A DNA stretch of 16,989 bases, from NCBI RefSeq assembly GCF_006345805.1, contig NW_021825046.1, positions 1 to 16,989 on the forward strand. Reading direction: 5' to 3'. The position numbers and the translations under genes are program-made. Positions 1-10,272 of this stretch are shown piece after piece. How positions within the stretch are numbered: position 1 is the stretch's first letter; each line of letters opens with the position of its first letter. Under the pieces are notes generated by a model. That model was not told the origin of the DNA. It ran no database searches and was given only the letters and a program-made list of their open reading frames with translations. The stretch comes from Octopus sinensis. Taxonomy: Eukaryota.

Positions 1-215
1 CACACAACTCATGTACATACAAATGCACACACACAGATAGATACAAACAAGACACACACACACACGTACATATACATACCCGCACACGCAAGCAGACACA
101 CGCACATGCACACAGACACATAGATTCACACACACACACACACACGTATAGATGCACAACTATACACACACATATGCATACACACACATATACGTACATA
201 CATACATTCATATCT
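1..215. repeat. (CA)n/(TACA)n compound microsatellite
   Basis: Runs of cacaca and tacatacata seen directly. Confidence 0.9.
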
Positions 216-216
216 A

Positions 217-465
217 ATGGTGGTGGTGGTGTGGTTGGCGCTAGTAGTGCTGGGCGTGGTGCGGATGGTGGTGCCGCTGCTGCTGCCGATGACGATGATG
301 ATGTTGATAATGATGATGGTGATGGTGGTAGTGGTGGTAGTAGTGATGAAGGTGATGGCGGTGACGCTGTTGCTGCTGCCGATGATGATGATGATGATGG
401 TAGTGGTTGTGCTGGTGGTGGTGGTGGTGGTTGTGGTGATGGTAGTGGTGGTGACGATGATGGTA
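217..465. repeat. (GGT)n/(GAT)n trinucleotide low-complexity tract
   Basis: Interleaved ggt, gat and gct triplets. These explain the overlapping poly-T, poly-G/D and poly-V/M ORFs. Confidence 0.9.
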
Positions 466-493
466 ATTGCGCTGCTATTACTGACGGTGTGAA

Positions 494-705
494 GGCGCAT
501 GGCTCAGTGGTTAGTGTCATCGAGCTTAGGATCTTGAGGTTGCGATTTCGATTCTCGGACCAGGCTGCATGTTGTGTTCTTGAGCAAGACACTTTATTTC
601 ACGTTGCTCCAGTTCACTCAGCTGTAGAAATGAGTTGCGACGTCACTGGTGCCAAGCTGTATCGGCCCCTTTGCCTTTCCCTTGGATAACACTGGTGGCG
701 TGGAG
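494..705 (+). mobile_element. tRNA-derived CORE-type SINE (octopus OR-like), 3' end approximate
   Basis: A-box TGGCTCAGTGG (500-510) and B-box-like ATTTCGATTCTCGG (about 545-558). These are followed by tgtgttcttgagcaagacactttatttc...cagctgtagaaatgag, which aligns by eye to the MIR CORE (tgtgaccttgggcaagtcacttaac...catctgtaaaatggg). The family name is from memory. Confidence 0.75.
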
Positions 706-842
706 ATCTTGGTGAGGGTGTCAATGACGGCGGCGCTTTCGATGGAAGATGGGCGAGTGGGTAGGGCGACTCAGTGGTATGAGTAATGGTATGGGCAGAT
801 GCGTTATAGCCTTGACGGTTGAGGTGGTTGCGTATCAAGTTG

Positions 843-1270
843 AGATTTTGTGGATGGTTTGTGCTGTAGTTAGTAGGGATATGTGGTGGTGGTTGTGGTG
901 ATGGTGGTAGTGGTGGTAGTGGCGATAATGCTGTACTGGAGATGATGATGATGATGATGGCTCTGTGTAGCTTGTGTTTGTGTTGTAGTTGGTAGTGGAG
1001 TTTGCGTTGATTGTCGGTGGTAATGGTGTATGTGCTAGTGATGGTTGTAGTATAGGTGACAGTGGTATAGGAAGTACTGATGGTGGTGGTGGTGGTGGTA
1101 AGGATGCTCAGAGGACTGGTACTGAAGATGATGATGATGAGGATGATGGTGGTGTTAGTGGTGGTGGTGGTGGTGGCTGTAGTGTTTGTTGTGTTTGTGT
1201 CACTACAGTTAGTGTTGTAATTGGTTGAGGTTGTTGTGTTGATAATAATTAGTAACGATGCACGTGGTTG
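843..1270. repeat. (GGT)/(GAT)/(TGT) low-complexity tract
   Basis: Degenerate ggt, gat and tgt triplet runs. Confidence 0.8.
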
Positions 1271-1344
1271 TGGTGATTGTTCTAGTATCGTTACCGGTGG
1301 TCTACATTTAGCATATTAAGAATCCACTTAGTGGTCATTCCTCT

Positions 1345-1414
1345 TATATGTATGTATGTATATATATATATTAATATAATATATTTATATATTATATATA
1401 TTATTATATATATA
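1345..1414. repeat. (TA)n microsatellite
   Basis: Degenerate TA run. Confidence 0.85.
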
Positions 1415-1620
1415 CAGTTCCTCAAACATGAAAACACAAAGAGAAAACACAACAACGCGTGGACGTAGAACAAGTATAGTATTATTGGACGCTCAGGAAA
1501 GGAAGGGAAGAAGGAGGGTTTAACGTTTCGAGCGGGGCTCTTCGTCAGAAACATAGGAAAAGGAAAGATCCAGAGAAGGGAAGACGGAGGAAAAAAATTG
1601 CCAATGGTACACACACGGTA
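1415..1620 (-). mobile_element. Penelope-like (pLTR-type) terminal fragment carrying a hammerhead motif; edges approximate
   Basis: Pyrimidine-rich minus-strand segment centred on ctgacgaagagccccgctcgaaacgtt, the motif type found in Penelope-like element termini. No RT or GIY-YIG coding sequence is seen, so the assignment rests on the motif. Confidence 0.45.
1518..1552 (-). ncRNA. Minimal type I hammerhead ribozyme-like motif
   Basis: Minus strand reads GUUU-CUGACGA-A-GAGC(CCC)GCUC-GAAA-CG-UU-AAAC. Stem I is GUUU/AAAC, stem II is 4 bp, and helix III is reduced to the palindrome ACGU. Confidence 0.6.
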
Positions 1621-2133
1621 CGCATTCATACGTGCATATGCATAGACACACAAACATGTATACACGTGGATTCTTAGATTTGTTATAATTTTAGGATGTA
1701 ACAAACGTGTAGAAAGCATTGTCAGAAGCCAGTTCATTTATAACAAAACTTTAAACTTTATCTAATCCAATGAGTGCTGGCAACTAGTAACAAGGATAAG
1801 TGTCCGAGTGCAGACAAGGAGTGGGAGTGGAGGCCTGTACTTTGATGTAAAGACAAAGACGAAGAAGAAGAAGTAATCTTCTCAAATGATTTCCATCTTT
1901 GAAGTAAAGTGAACCATCTACTTAGTAGGCTTGACTACCACATCATTTGGGAAATCCAAAATTGTTAATTGATTATTCAATAGGAGAAAAGGAAAAAGGA
2001 AAAAGGAAAACAAGGCTAAGACTATCAGCTCAAGAGTAGCAAGAGATACGAATGTACTGGGTCCTTTCAACAGGACAGGAATCTGGTAGAAAAGTTTTAT
2101 CGTAGTTTCCATTTGGGCCGGAGTCAACGCAAT

Positions 2134-2400
2134 ACGATTCTTTAAGAGCTCGGCCAGTGGAGACAGAAGTTCAGAACAACGAGGAATGAAGCGGCGATAA
2201 ATGTTCAGCAAGCCAAGGAATTGGCGCAACTGGCGAAGGGAAGTAGGAGAAGAAAGGTCCTCAATAACCCGCACTTTCTCTGGAAGAGGCATAATACCTT
2301 CTTTGTCAATGTTGTGGCCAAGAAACACAAGGAAGGATGTGCCAAAAACACATTTAGCAGGGTTAATCCGCACTTTAAATTGGTTAAGGCGCCGGAAGAG
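2134..2400 (-). pseudogene. Ty3/gypsy LTR retrotransposon reverse transcriptase C-terminal fragment
   Basis: Translation LFRRLNQFKVRINPAKCVFGTSFLVFLGHNIDKEGIMPLPEKV...LRQFLGLLNIYRRFIPRCSELLSPLAELLKN shows the gypsy KC.F...FLG and FLG...YRRFIP motifs. The YxDD motif is not present. Confidence 0.9.
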
Positions 2401-3147
2401 TAGCAATGATAAGTATCCAACTGCTGACAAATAATGAGAGTGAAAACCTGTATGTGTATGTAGGGTATGTCTGTATTTATGTGAATGTATGTGAGTCACG
2501 GAAGCTGAAATAACTTACGTAATCATGAATGCGAAGTCGTAAGCAGTGATAACCTAGCAGCGGCAAGTTGGTCTGTGCTAGCTGAGACAAGAAAAAAATT
2601 ATTCACGGTATCAATAGCGTTGAAGGAACAGGAGTGTAAAAGTAGTCCGTGAGGTTAAGTTGAAGTGAGAAAGTAAGAGCCGTTCGCGACGAAGAAACTT
2701 CTGTCGGTCGCCTCGCGTCCTTCCTCTGACTGCTGGTTGAGCGACTGGTACCAAATTCTTTTTTCACTTTATAGCTACGCGGCCAGCTCCGATTAGCAAC
2801 AGTTGCCAAGGCACAACTGTGCTAATCCGCGATAACAAAATATGGCGTCCTTCAATCACTACATTTTCATACATACGAACATACTGTTAGAAACCCTTAT
2901 TAATTGCCGGACTAATCGACTTGCAGGGGTTAGAAATAATTATTTGACGGACTAATTGCCTGGCGACATTTAATTAGATCTCTTCAACTTCACACTTCAT
3001 TTTAACTTAATTTTTTTATATAAATTTTTAAAATCTTTCATTCTCTGGGAATGCTGCCGATAAAGCAATTATCACTCTCTCAATTTGGTTAATTAAATCA
3101 ACTGTAAACCCATTCCTTCTCTCTATTCAAATCGCTTTATCTTTTAG

Positions 3148-3418
3148 AGAGAGGGAGGGGAGAGAGAGGGATGGGAGAGAGAGGGATGGGAGAGAGAAGG
3201 AGAGAGAGGGATGGGAGAGAGAGATAAGAACAGAAAGAGACATGTAGTAAGAGAGAGATAAATTGATAGAGAGAAAGAGAGAGGTAAATAGCAAGAGAGA
3301 CAGAGACATGGGGAGAGAAAGAATGAGAAGGAGAGAGAGAATGATAAAGAGAGGAGGAGAAGGAAAGCAAGGAAGAGAGATAGAGATAGATAGATAAACT
3401 GAGAGAGAGAGAGAGAGT
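3148..3418. repeat. (GA)n purine-rich tract with gagagagggatggga subunits
   Basis: Seen directly. Confidence 0.9.
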
Positions 3419-3685
3419 ACAAATTTAGTATTTATTACAATATATTATTCTTCAAAAAGGAATATTAAACACAGTGACTTCGAAGTTTTAGCTAGCCAAT
3501 CGCTTTTCCTATAAGAGGCCGAATATTGAGAGATTATCTCACATAGCCGTGGGGAGTTAAGAGTACAGACATATATCGTAGCTAACGAAATTGTCTGGTG
3601 TGGGCGCCGGAACTGCCTGAGCATGTGATTTTAGCGTACTGCGCTTCTTCAGTGTCAGGTATCCAGCCCACCTTACCAGCTGGCC

Positions 3686-3975
<290 letters not shown>

Positions 3976-4195
3976 CGTTGCTATTATGCAAAAGTGTCAT
4001 GAGTCCGAAACGTTGCAATTTCAGAAAAACGAAAAAATAGTTTCACCATTCCATAGCCCTCCTCCTACATGATTTTATCGATTTTGATGAAACTTGACAC
4101 GTGAGTAGAACTCAGGTCGAGAAACCACGTGGCATACTCAGCTTGTTGAAAAATACCGATAATAGGGCCCCTGGAAGGGATCCTTATATATATCT

Positions 4196-4253
4196 AACCC
4201 GGAACCATGTGGTTGGTAAGCAAGCAACTACTTAACACACAACCACTCCTGCG

Positions 4254-4255
<2 letters not shown>
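4196..4255 (-). mobile_element. Isolated tRNA-like head of the SINE family seen at 12156 and 16204
   Basis: Near-identical to 12488-12536 and 16568-16624 (aacccggaaccatgtggttggtaagcaag...accacacaaccactcctgcgcc). It is cut inside the B-box. Confidence 0.85.
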
Positions 4256-4293
<38 letters not shown>

Positions 4294-4485
4294 TACGAGA
4301 AAGAAGCAACAAGAATAGATTAGTTTTTAGTACAATTGTTTCATACAAAGACAGGCTTTATTACAAGTTATATACATATATATATATATACATATATATG
4401 TATGTATATATATGTAAACACACACACACACACACACATATATATTTATATATATATATATATGTACACACATATATACACACAG
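4256..4485. repeat. (TA)n/(CA)n microsatellites with a short unique spacer
   Basis: Seen directly. Confidence 0.75.
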
Positions 4486-4947
4486 ACAGCTTTAGTTTTG
4501 ATACCGCTTTTATTTCACATATTCGCTTTCTGTATTAACTTCTTATACTCTGGAACATAAAAAAAATATTACAGACGGTTTTATAAATGGAAATCTAAAA
4601 CATGACTATTATTAAACGGTTATTGAACAAAATAAAATACACAAGGAAAGAATACAACAACCGCAAAATACAATGGAAAAATCAGTAAAAAAAATCACTT
4701 CACCTAAATATTACAAAGACTAATTTCTCGTGTCAGACATTGCGATTGCTTCCATTTTTTTCTTCTATACAGGTCATCATCATCATAATCATCGTCGTCG
4801 TCGTCATCATCATTGCTTTATGCTTTTCAAGGTATCTTAATAATGAATTTATATTTTGCCTTACCTTTTTTTAACGAGGTCTAATATGGCGGAAATAAAA
4901 GTTGTAAACTAGCTGATATTTTCCTTTTGTCGTTTTCCCCCATAACA

Positions 4948-5047
4948 CATACGCACGCGCATATATACACATACTGTATACATACATGCATGCATATACA
5001 TATATTATATGTGTGTGTGTGAATGGTTGGGTGCGTGCGTCATTATA

Positions 5048-5123
<76 letters not shown>

Positions 5124-5128
5124 ATATA

Positions 5129-5159
<31 letters not shown>

Positions 5160-5278
5160 TATATTTGTAATATATATGTGAATACACGTATATATTATTC
5201 AAAATATCAATTTAGAGATGGCAGCGAGTTTGCTACAGCATATACCGTATATAATATATATATATATACATACATACA

Positions 5279-5314
<36 letters not shown>

Positions 5315-5329
5315 TATATACATATACAT

Positions 5330-5363
<34 letters not shown>

Positions 5364-5370
5364 CACACAC

Positions 5371-5452
<82 letters not shown>

Positions 5453-5535
5453 ATATTATATATATAATGTGTGTGTGTATGTGCTTGTGTCTTTGTATGT
5501 GTATACGTGTGTTTGAGTATGTATGTGTGCATGCG
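4948..5535. repeat. Compound (TA)n/(TACA)n/(CA)n/(TG)n microsatellite
   Basis: Seen directly. Confidence 0.9.
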
Positions 5536-5794
5536 TATTCGTATACGATTTAATCGACATAAATACAGTCTGGAAGACATAAATTGGCCATTCTGAAGCA
5601 AAAAGACCGTTAACTTCGCATAAACATTTATTACTTGGTGTCATTATTTTCCTCGCACTGTTAGCGACCTGGTCACTGACGCAGTTCCGCTGCGTCTGGA
5701 TTGTTGCACGACTGTTGGTCAGCATATATTGTCTCCAGAGATTCTTCGACTTTATTGGTCGTTTTTGGGTGGTCATAATTGGTCGGTTAACTAA

Positions 5795-6197
5795 GGCGGC
5801 GAGCTGGCAGAATCTTTAGCACGTCGGGCGAAATGTGTAACCGTAATTCGTCTGCCGTTACGTTCTGAGCTCAAATTCTGCCGAGGTCGATTTGCCTTTC
5901 ATCCTTTCGGGGTCGATAAATTAAGTACCAGTTATGCACTGGGGTCGATATAATCGACTTAATCCGTTTGTCTGTCCTTGTTTGTCCGCCCTGTGTTTAG
6001 CCCCTTGTGTGTAGTAAAGAAATAGAAATAGGTATTTCGCCTGTCTTTATGTTCTGAGTTCAAATTCTGTCGAGGTCAGCTTTGCCTTTCATCCTTTTCG
6101 CGGCCGATAGATTAAGTACCAGTTGCGTATTGGGGTCGATCTAATCGATTGCCCCCACCCCAAAATTTTAGGCCTTGTGCCTAAAGTAAAAAAGAAT
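5795..6197 (+). mobile_element. tRNA-derived SINE with internal direct duplication (dimeric form)
   Basis: A-box-like TGGCAGAATC and B-box-like GAGCTCAAATTC / GAGTTCAAATTC. A unit of about 117 bp occurs twice (5843-5959 and 6032-6150). The central tttgcctttcatcctttcggggtcgataaattaagtacc resembles Meta-domain SINEs as I recall them (unverified). Confidence 0.8.
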
Positions 6198-6296
6198 TGG
6201 CTGGTTAACTTGTTATTTGGTTCTATTTTGCATTTCCCCTCTTCTTCCTTTCTTTCACGTTTCCTTTGGCATCCTACTCAGTAAGCGTCAGTAACT

Positions 6297-6565
6297 ACGG
6301 AGCTGCGGCAGGGGATGGTGGTGATCCCTGCTGTACTCTTTCACCACAACTTTCTCTCACTCTTACTTCCTGTTTCTGTTGTACCTGTATTTCAAAGGGC
6401 CGGCCTTGTCACTCTCTGTGTCACGCTGAATATCCCCGAGAACTACGTTAAGGGTACACGTGTCTGTGGAGTGCTCAGCCACTTACACGTTAATTTCACG
6501 AGCAGGCTGTTCCGTTGATCGGATCAACCGGAACCCTCGTCGTCGTAACCGGCGGAGTGCTTCCC
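6297..6565 (+). mobile_element. 5'-truncated SINE body and tail fragment (OR1-like, from memory)
   Basis: I recall the segment gttgtacctgtatttcaaagggccggccttgtc...cgtcgtaaccggcggagtgc as an octopus SINE 3' half. It ends at an (ATT)n tail. There is no second copy in the window to confirm it. Confidence 0.5.
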
Positions 6566-6566
6566 A

Positions 6567-6580
6567 ATTATTATTATTAC

Positions 6581-6621
<41 letters not shown>

Positions 6622-6628
6622 TATTATT
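6567..6628. repeat. (ATT)n/(TAA)n microsatellite shared by the SINE tail and the LINE 3' end
   Basis: Seen directly. Confidence 0.95.
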
Positions 6629-8122
6629 GCCTTCGCACAGCTTCTAACGCTGGAGATGTACTACGGTGTCAGCTGTTCACTACCAGTGAACTAAGGTAAC
6701 ACCCCTTATTTTTCGAGCACCTTCCGGAGTATTCGAGCGGTTCCAAGCAGTGCTGTTTTCTGCAAGTGCTCCACCCTTATTGCAGCCCCTATTCGTTCCA
6801 TATACTTCTCGAGATTTTTACTCACTGTTCCCAGGGCTCCGATAATTATTGGTATGACTACAACCTTTGTCATCGACCACAACTGCTTAACCTCCCAAGC
6901 TAACCTGTCGTACCTATCGACTTTTCTTTCTTCCTTATCGCATACCTTGTTGTCAGCTGTGCATGTTATGTCTATGATCCAGCATAGTTTGCGTTCCTTC
7001 TCAATTCAGACTATGTCTGGCTTCCTATTCTCTATCTCATGGTCGCACTAATTCATAAAATCCCATAGGATCTTTGCATTTCTATTTTAGACGATGTCTT
7101 CGGGTTTGTGGTCTTACAAGTTCATACTTGTTGCAAAGTGTCCAGTGGACAAGCCTGGCTATATTGTCGTGGCGTCTCTTGTATTCCTTCTGGGCTAGTG
7201 GCGTACATTGGCTAGTAATATGCCATACGGTTTCACCGTTTTGTCTACAGATTCTGCACTTATCACTTTCTGATGTATTGTCTATTCTGTATTTGATATG
7301 ATTAGTTCTTAATGCTTGCTCTTGGGCAGCACAGATTAGGGCCTCCGTTTCCGGTTTTAAATTACTTTTAGTCATCCACAGCCATCTTTTTTCTCTGTCT
7401 GTCTTATCTTCAATACCTCTATGAAATTGACCATGCATTCTTTTCTTTACCCACCTATTTTCAGTTTCATTCGTTTTCAATTGCTTGTACAGTGCTTTAT
7501 CTTTGCAATCTTTCATCCTACCCAAGCCTGACCTTCTTACCTCTAATAATAGCTATTCTGTGGCATTTTTTACATACTACGCTATGTACTGTTTTCTTCT
7601 AACGCTGTGTTCGCATCCAATAAGTCCTGTTCGCCCTCTTTTTCTTGGTACATAGTCTGTCTATGTCACTTTTTGGGTGGAGTATCCCATATCTAGTCAG
7701 CAACTTCCTTGTCTTTCTGTCTCAGCTGTTTAGTTCGTCCACTGTCCATGCGATTACCCCTGCTCCATATCTAAGGAGTGAAACCGCCCAGGTGTTGATA
7801 GCTTCAATCTTCTTCCGTCCGTTTAATTTCGACTTAAGGATCAGTCTCAGTCTGCCCAAGTACTCCACCTTAAATTATTTGTCATTTCTTTCTACATCAA
7901 TTTATCTATTTCCAAACTCCCCAAGTACTTATAGCCCGTCTCTTCTATTTGCTTCATAACCTCCCCCGACGCTATCGTTAGCCCGTCCATACATTTGATT
8001 TTGCCTCTCTTTAAGACTAACACACCACACTTTCTCAGTCCGAACTCCATTGCGCTTCATCTTCACCATAAAATTTGAGGTCATCCATGAATAACAAATG
8101 GTTGAATTTTTGTTGGCAAACC
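6629..8122 (-). mobile_element. 5'-truncated, decayed R4/Dong/Rex6-type non-LTR retrotransposon (RT + zinc knuckle + restriction-like endonuclease)
   Basis: Manual translation gives NHLLFMDDLKFY (FMDD at 8091-8080), GYKYLG, AINTWAVSLLRYGAG, HPKSDIDRL, AAQEQALRTN, CRIC...ETVWHITSQC...RHD, AKILWDF, PDIV*IEKERKLCWIIDIT, KVDRY and IIIGALG...LQKTALLGTARILRKVLEK*. The stop is at 6706-6708, followed by a 3' UTR and (TAA)n. Several in-frame stops and frameshifts are present. Confidence 0.9.
6665..6703 (-). other. Stem-loop in the LINE 3' UTR
   Basis: Minus strand GGUGUUA-ccuua-GUUCACU(ggu)AGUGAAC-agc-UGACACC forms two stacked 7-bp helices. A role in RT recognition is inference. Confidence 0.55.
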
Positions 8123-8123
8123 T

Positions 8124-8928
8124 TCATCATCATCATCATTGTTCGACCGTGGTCGAGACAATAGAATTTGCCACACTACGCCAGACTTCACGGTCCATCA
8201 TGGCATTACGGAGGTCCTGTTGCTGGATGCCTGTATCCCTGGAGATTACATCAGGGTAGGAGAGTGTGTGCCCTCTGGTATTGCGAGTAGATGGCTTCCA
8301 GAGGAGAAGAGTAGAAATCGCCTCATTTTCAGCTCTACAACAATGTCCAGCAAACTGGACTCTTCTGGTCGAGACAATGGAATTTACCATGCTACGCCAG
8401 ACTTCACGGTCCATCATGGCATTACGGAGGTCCTGTTGCTGGATGCCTGTATCCTTGGAGATTACATCAGGGTAGGAGAGTGTGCACCCTCTGTTATTGC
8501 GAGTAGATGGCTTCCAGAGGAGAAGAGTAGAAATTGCCTCTTTTTCAGCTCTACAACAATGTCCAGCAAACTGGACTCTTCTGGTCGAGACAATGGAATT
8601 TACCATGCTACGCCAGACTTCACGGTCCATCATGGCATTACGGAGGTCCTGTTGCTGGATGCCTGTATCCCTGGAGATTACATCAGGGTAGGAGAGTGTG
8701 TGCCCTCTGGTATTGCGAGTAGATGGCTTCCAGAGGAGAAGAGTAGAAATGACCTCTTTTTCAGCTCTACAACAATGTCCAGCAAACTGAACTCTTCTGG
8801 TCGAGACAATGGAATTTACCATGCTACGCCAGACTTCACGGTCCATCATAGCATTACGGAGGTCCTGTTGCTGGATGCCTGTATCCCTGGAGATTACATT
8901 AGTGTAGGAGAGTGTGCGCCCTCTGGTA
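8124..8928 (-). mobile_element. RTE-clade LINE 3' end amplified as about 3.6 tandem 216-bp units, ending in a (GAT)n tail
   Basis: Units start at 8151, 8367, 8583 and 8799, an exact 216-bp period. Each encodes RRVQFAGHC...LLLWKP...RG..LSYPDVISRDTG...MMDREVWR, typical of RTE C-termini. The stop at 8136-8138 lies inside (TGA)n. Confidence 0.85.
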
Positions 8929-9104
8929 GAAGCTCTACAAGACATTCCGTTCCAATCTCCTTCTACCATTTTTCTCTGTCATTCCTCACCGTTCCTTTAA
9001 GCACCAAGCATTACAGACACAAATCTTTACAGGTTTCATGTTTCAAATTCTCATACACTCAGAATTTAAGGAACGTCTTTTAGTCATGTTTTTCATCTGC
9101 ATTC

Positions 9105-9660
9105 TACACCTCCCCTTCTCCCTCCTCCTCTTCCTCCCCTACTCATCCCTTTCCTCCAATCTTCTTTTTCCCCTTCTACTCCTCCCCTTCCTCCTCTTCC
9201 TCTTCTCTTCTTCTTCATCCGTCATATCCCCTTCATTTTCCCCTCCTCCTCATCCCCTTTCTTCTCCCGATTTCCTCCTCGTTCTCCCTTTCTTCTTCTT
9301 CTCTTCTTCTTCTTCTTCTTCTTCTTCTTCTTCTTCTTCTTCTCCTTCTTCTTCTTCTTTTCTTCTTGTTTCTCTTCTTCTTCCTCCTCCTCCTCCAGCT
9401 CCTCAACAACGACGACCACCACCAGCCTCAGCACCAGCACCACTAGCACCACCACCACCACTACCACCAGCATCAGCACCACCATCACCACCACCACCAC
9501 CACCACCACCATCACCACCACCAGTCAACATCTGCACCATCACCATCACCACCACTACCACCACTACCACCACCACCACCACCACCACCATCACCACCAT
9601 CACCAGCACCAACACCACCACCACCATCACCACCACCACCACTATCACCACCACCACCTT
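9105..9660. repeat. (CT)/(CTT)n followed by (CAC)n low-complexity tract
   Basis: Seen directly. Confidence 0.9.
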
Positions 9661-10266
9661 TGTTTTTAATAATTTCGAAAATGTTGACGAATTTAGTAAA
9701 AATAGCATTGTCATTATTTAGATGACTTTTGGAACATAAACCAAAATGGAATTGCGATATAAGATGGTTATAATTTCGTTCTCCTTAACAGTTTTGTCTC
9801 CATATTTCTGTCAAAAGACGTTGCTTCCGCTTCATTTAATTTTGAAAATAATGAAATATATCGAGAAATAATTTTGTCATTATTAAACTGGTGTTTTGAA
9901 CATAAATTTACATGAAAGTTTGATAAAAGATTCTTTAATTTAAATCCTCTTAACCACTTTGTCGCCATGTTTTTGTTGAAAGACACAGATTTTGTAAAAG
10001 ACCATTGACATTTTAAATCTGGCGTTTGGAATAAAAATTAACATCAAAATTTTCATTTGGATCCCATTGACCCCTTTTGTTGCCATATTCCAGTTGAAGT
10101 ACACGGCTTTCGTTTCAGATATTCTTGAAAATTTTGAAGAATTTACTAAAACCACTTTGTCATTATTCAGTTTATGTTTGGAACGTAAATTAATAAGAAA
10201 TTTTGATTGATGGTGTTTTAATTTAGGCCACTTTAAGACAGGAAGTTTGGATCATAGAAGCAAAAG
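9661..10266 (+). repeat. Degenerate tandem array (about 165-bp unit), possibly the 5' part of a TTAA-type MITE
   Basis: The motif gaaaat...gaattt...ttgtcattatt...tttggaacataaa recurs three times. Units begin at TTAA-like sites 9785, 9950 and 10067. Confidence 0.6.
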
Positions 10267-10272
10267 TTGATT

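Noticed and set aside
2745-2753. Possible primer-binding site TGGTACCAG for the gypsy fragment
   Set aside because: It is only 9 nt, largely a palindrome, and is not preceded by a CA-ending LTR.
3622-3660. Near-hammerhead on the minus strand: CUGAAGA-A-GCG(caguA)CGC-UAAA
   Set aside because: The essential G12 is U and no stem I pairing can be drawn.
3987-4017. GAAACGUU half-core (tcatgagtccgaaacgttgca)
   Set aside because: There is no CUGANGA box and no stem II. At best it is a decayed remnant.
4750-4837. Splice-acceptor-like pyrimidine tract + AG followed by a His-rich 59-nt putative exon
   Set aside because: The donor is weak, the length is not a multiple of three and the content is a CAT/CGT microsatellite. 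It is not supportable without RNA data.
6629-8928. RTE-R4 chimera made by a single template-jumping event
   Set aside because: The R4 part is riddled with stops and frameshifts while the RTE units are near-identical and open. Different ages are more likely.
8139-9083. 314-aa plus-strand ORF with 72-aa repeats
   Set aside because: It is the exact in-register antisense of the RTE-derived frame. One stop-free 216-bp unit repeated in frame explains its length.
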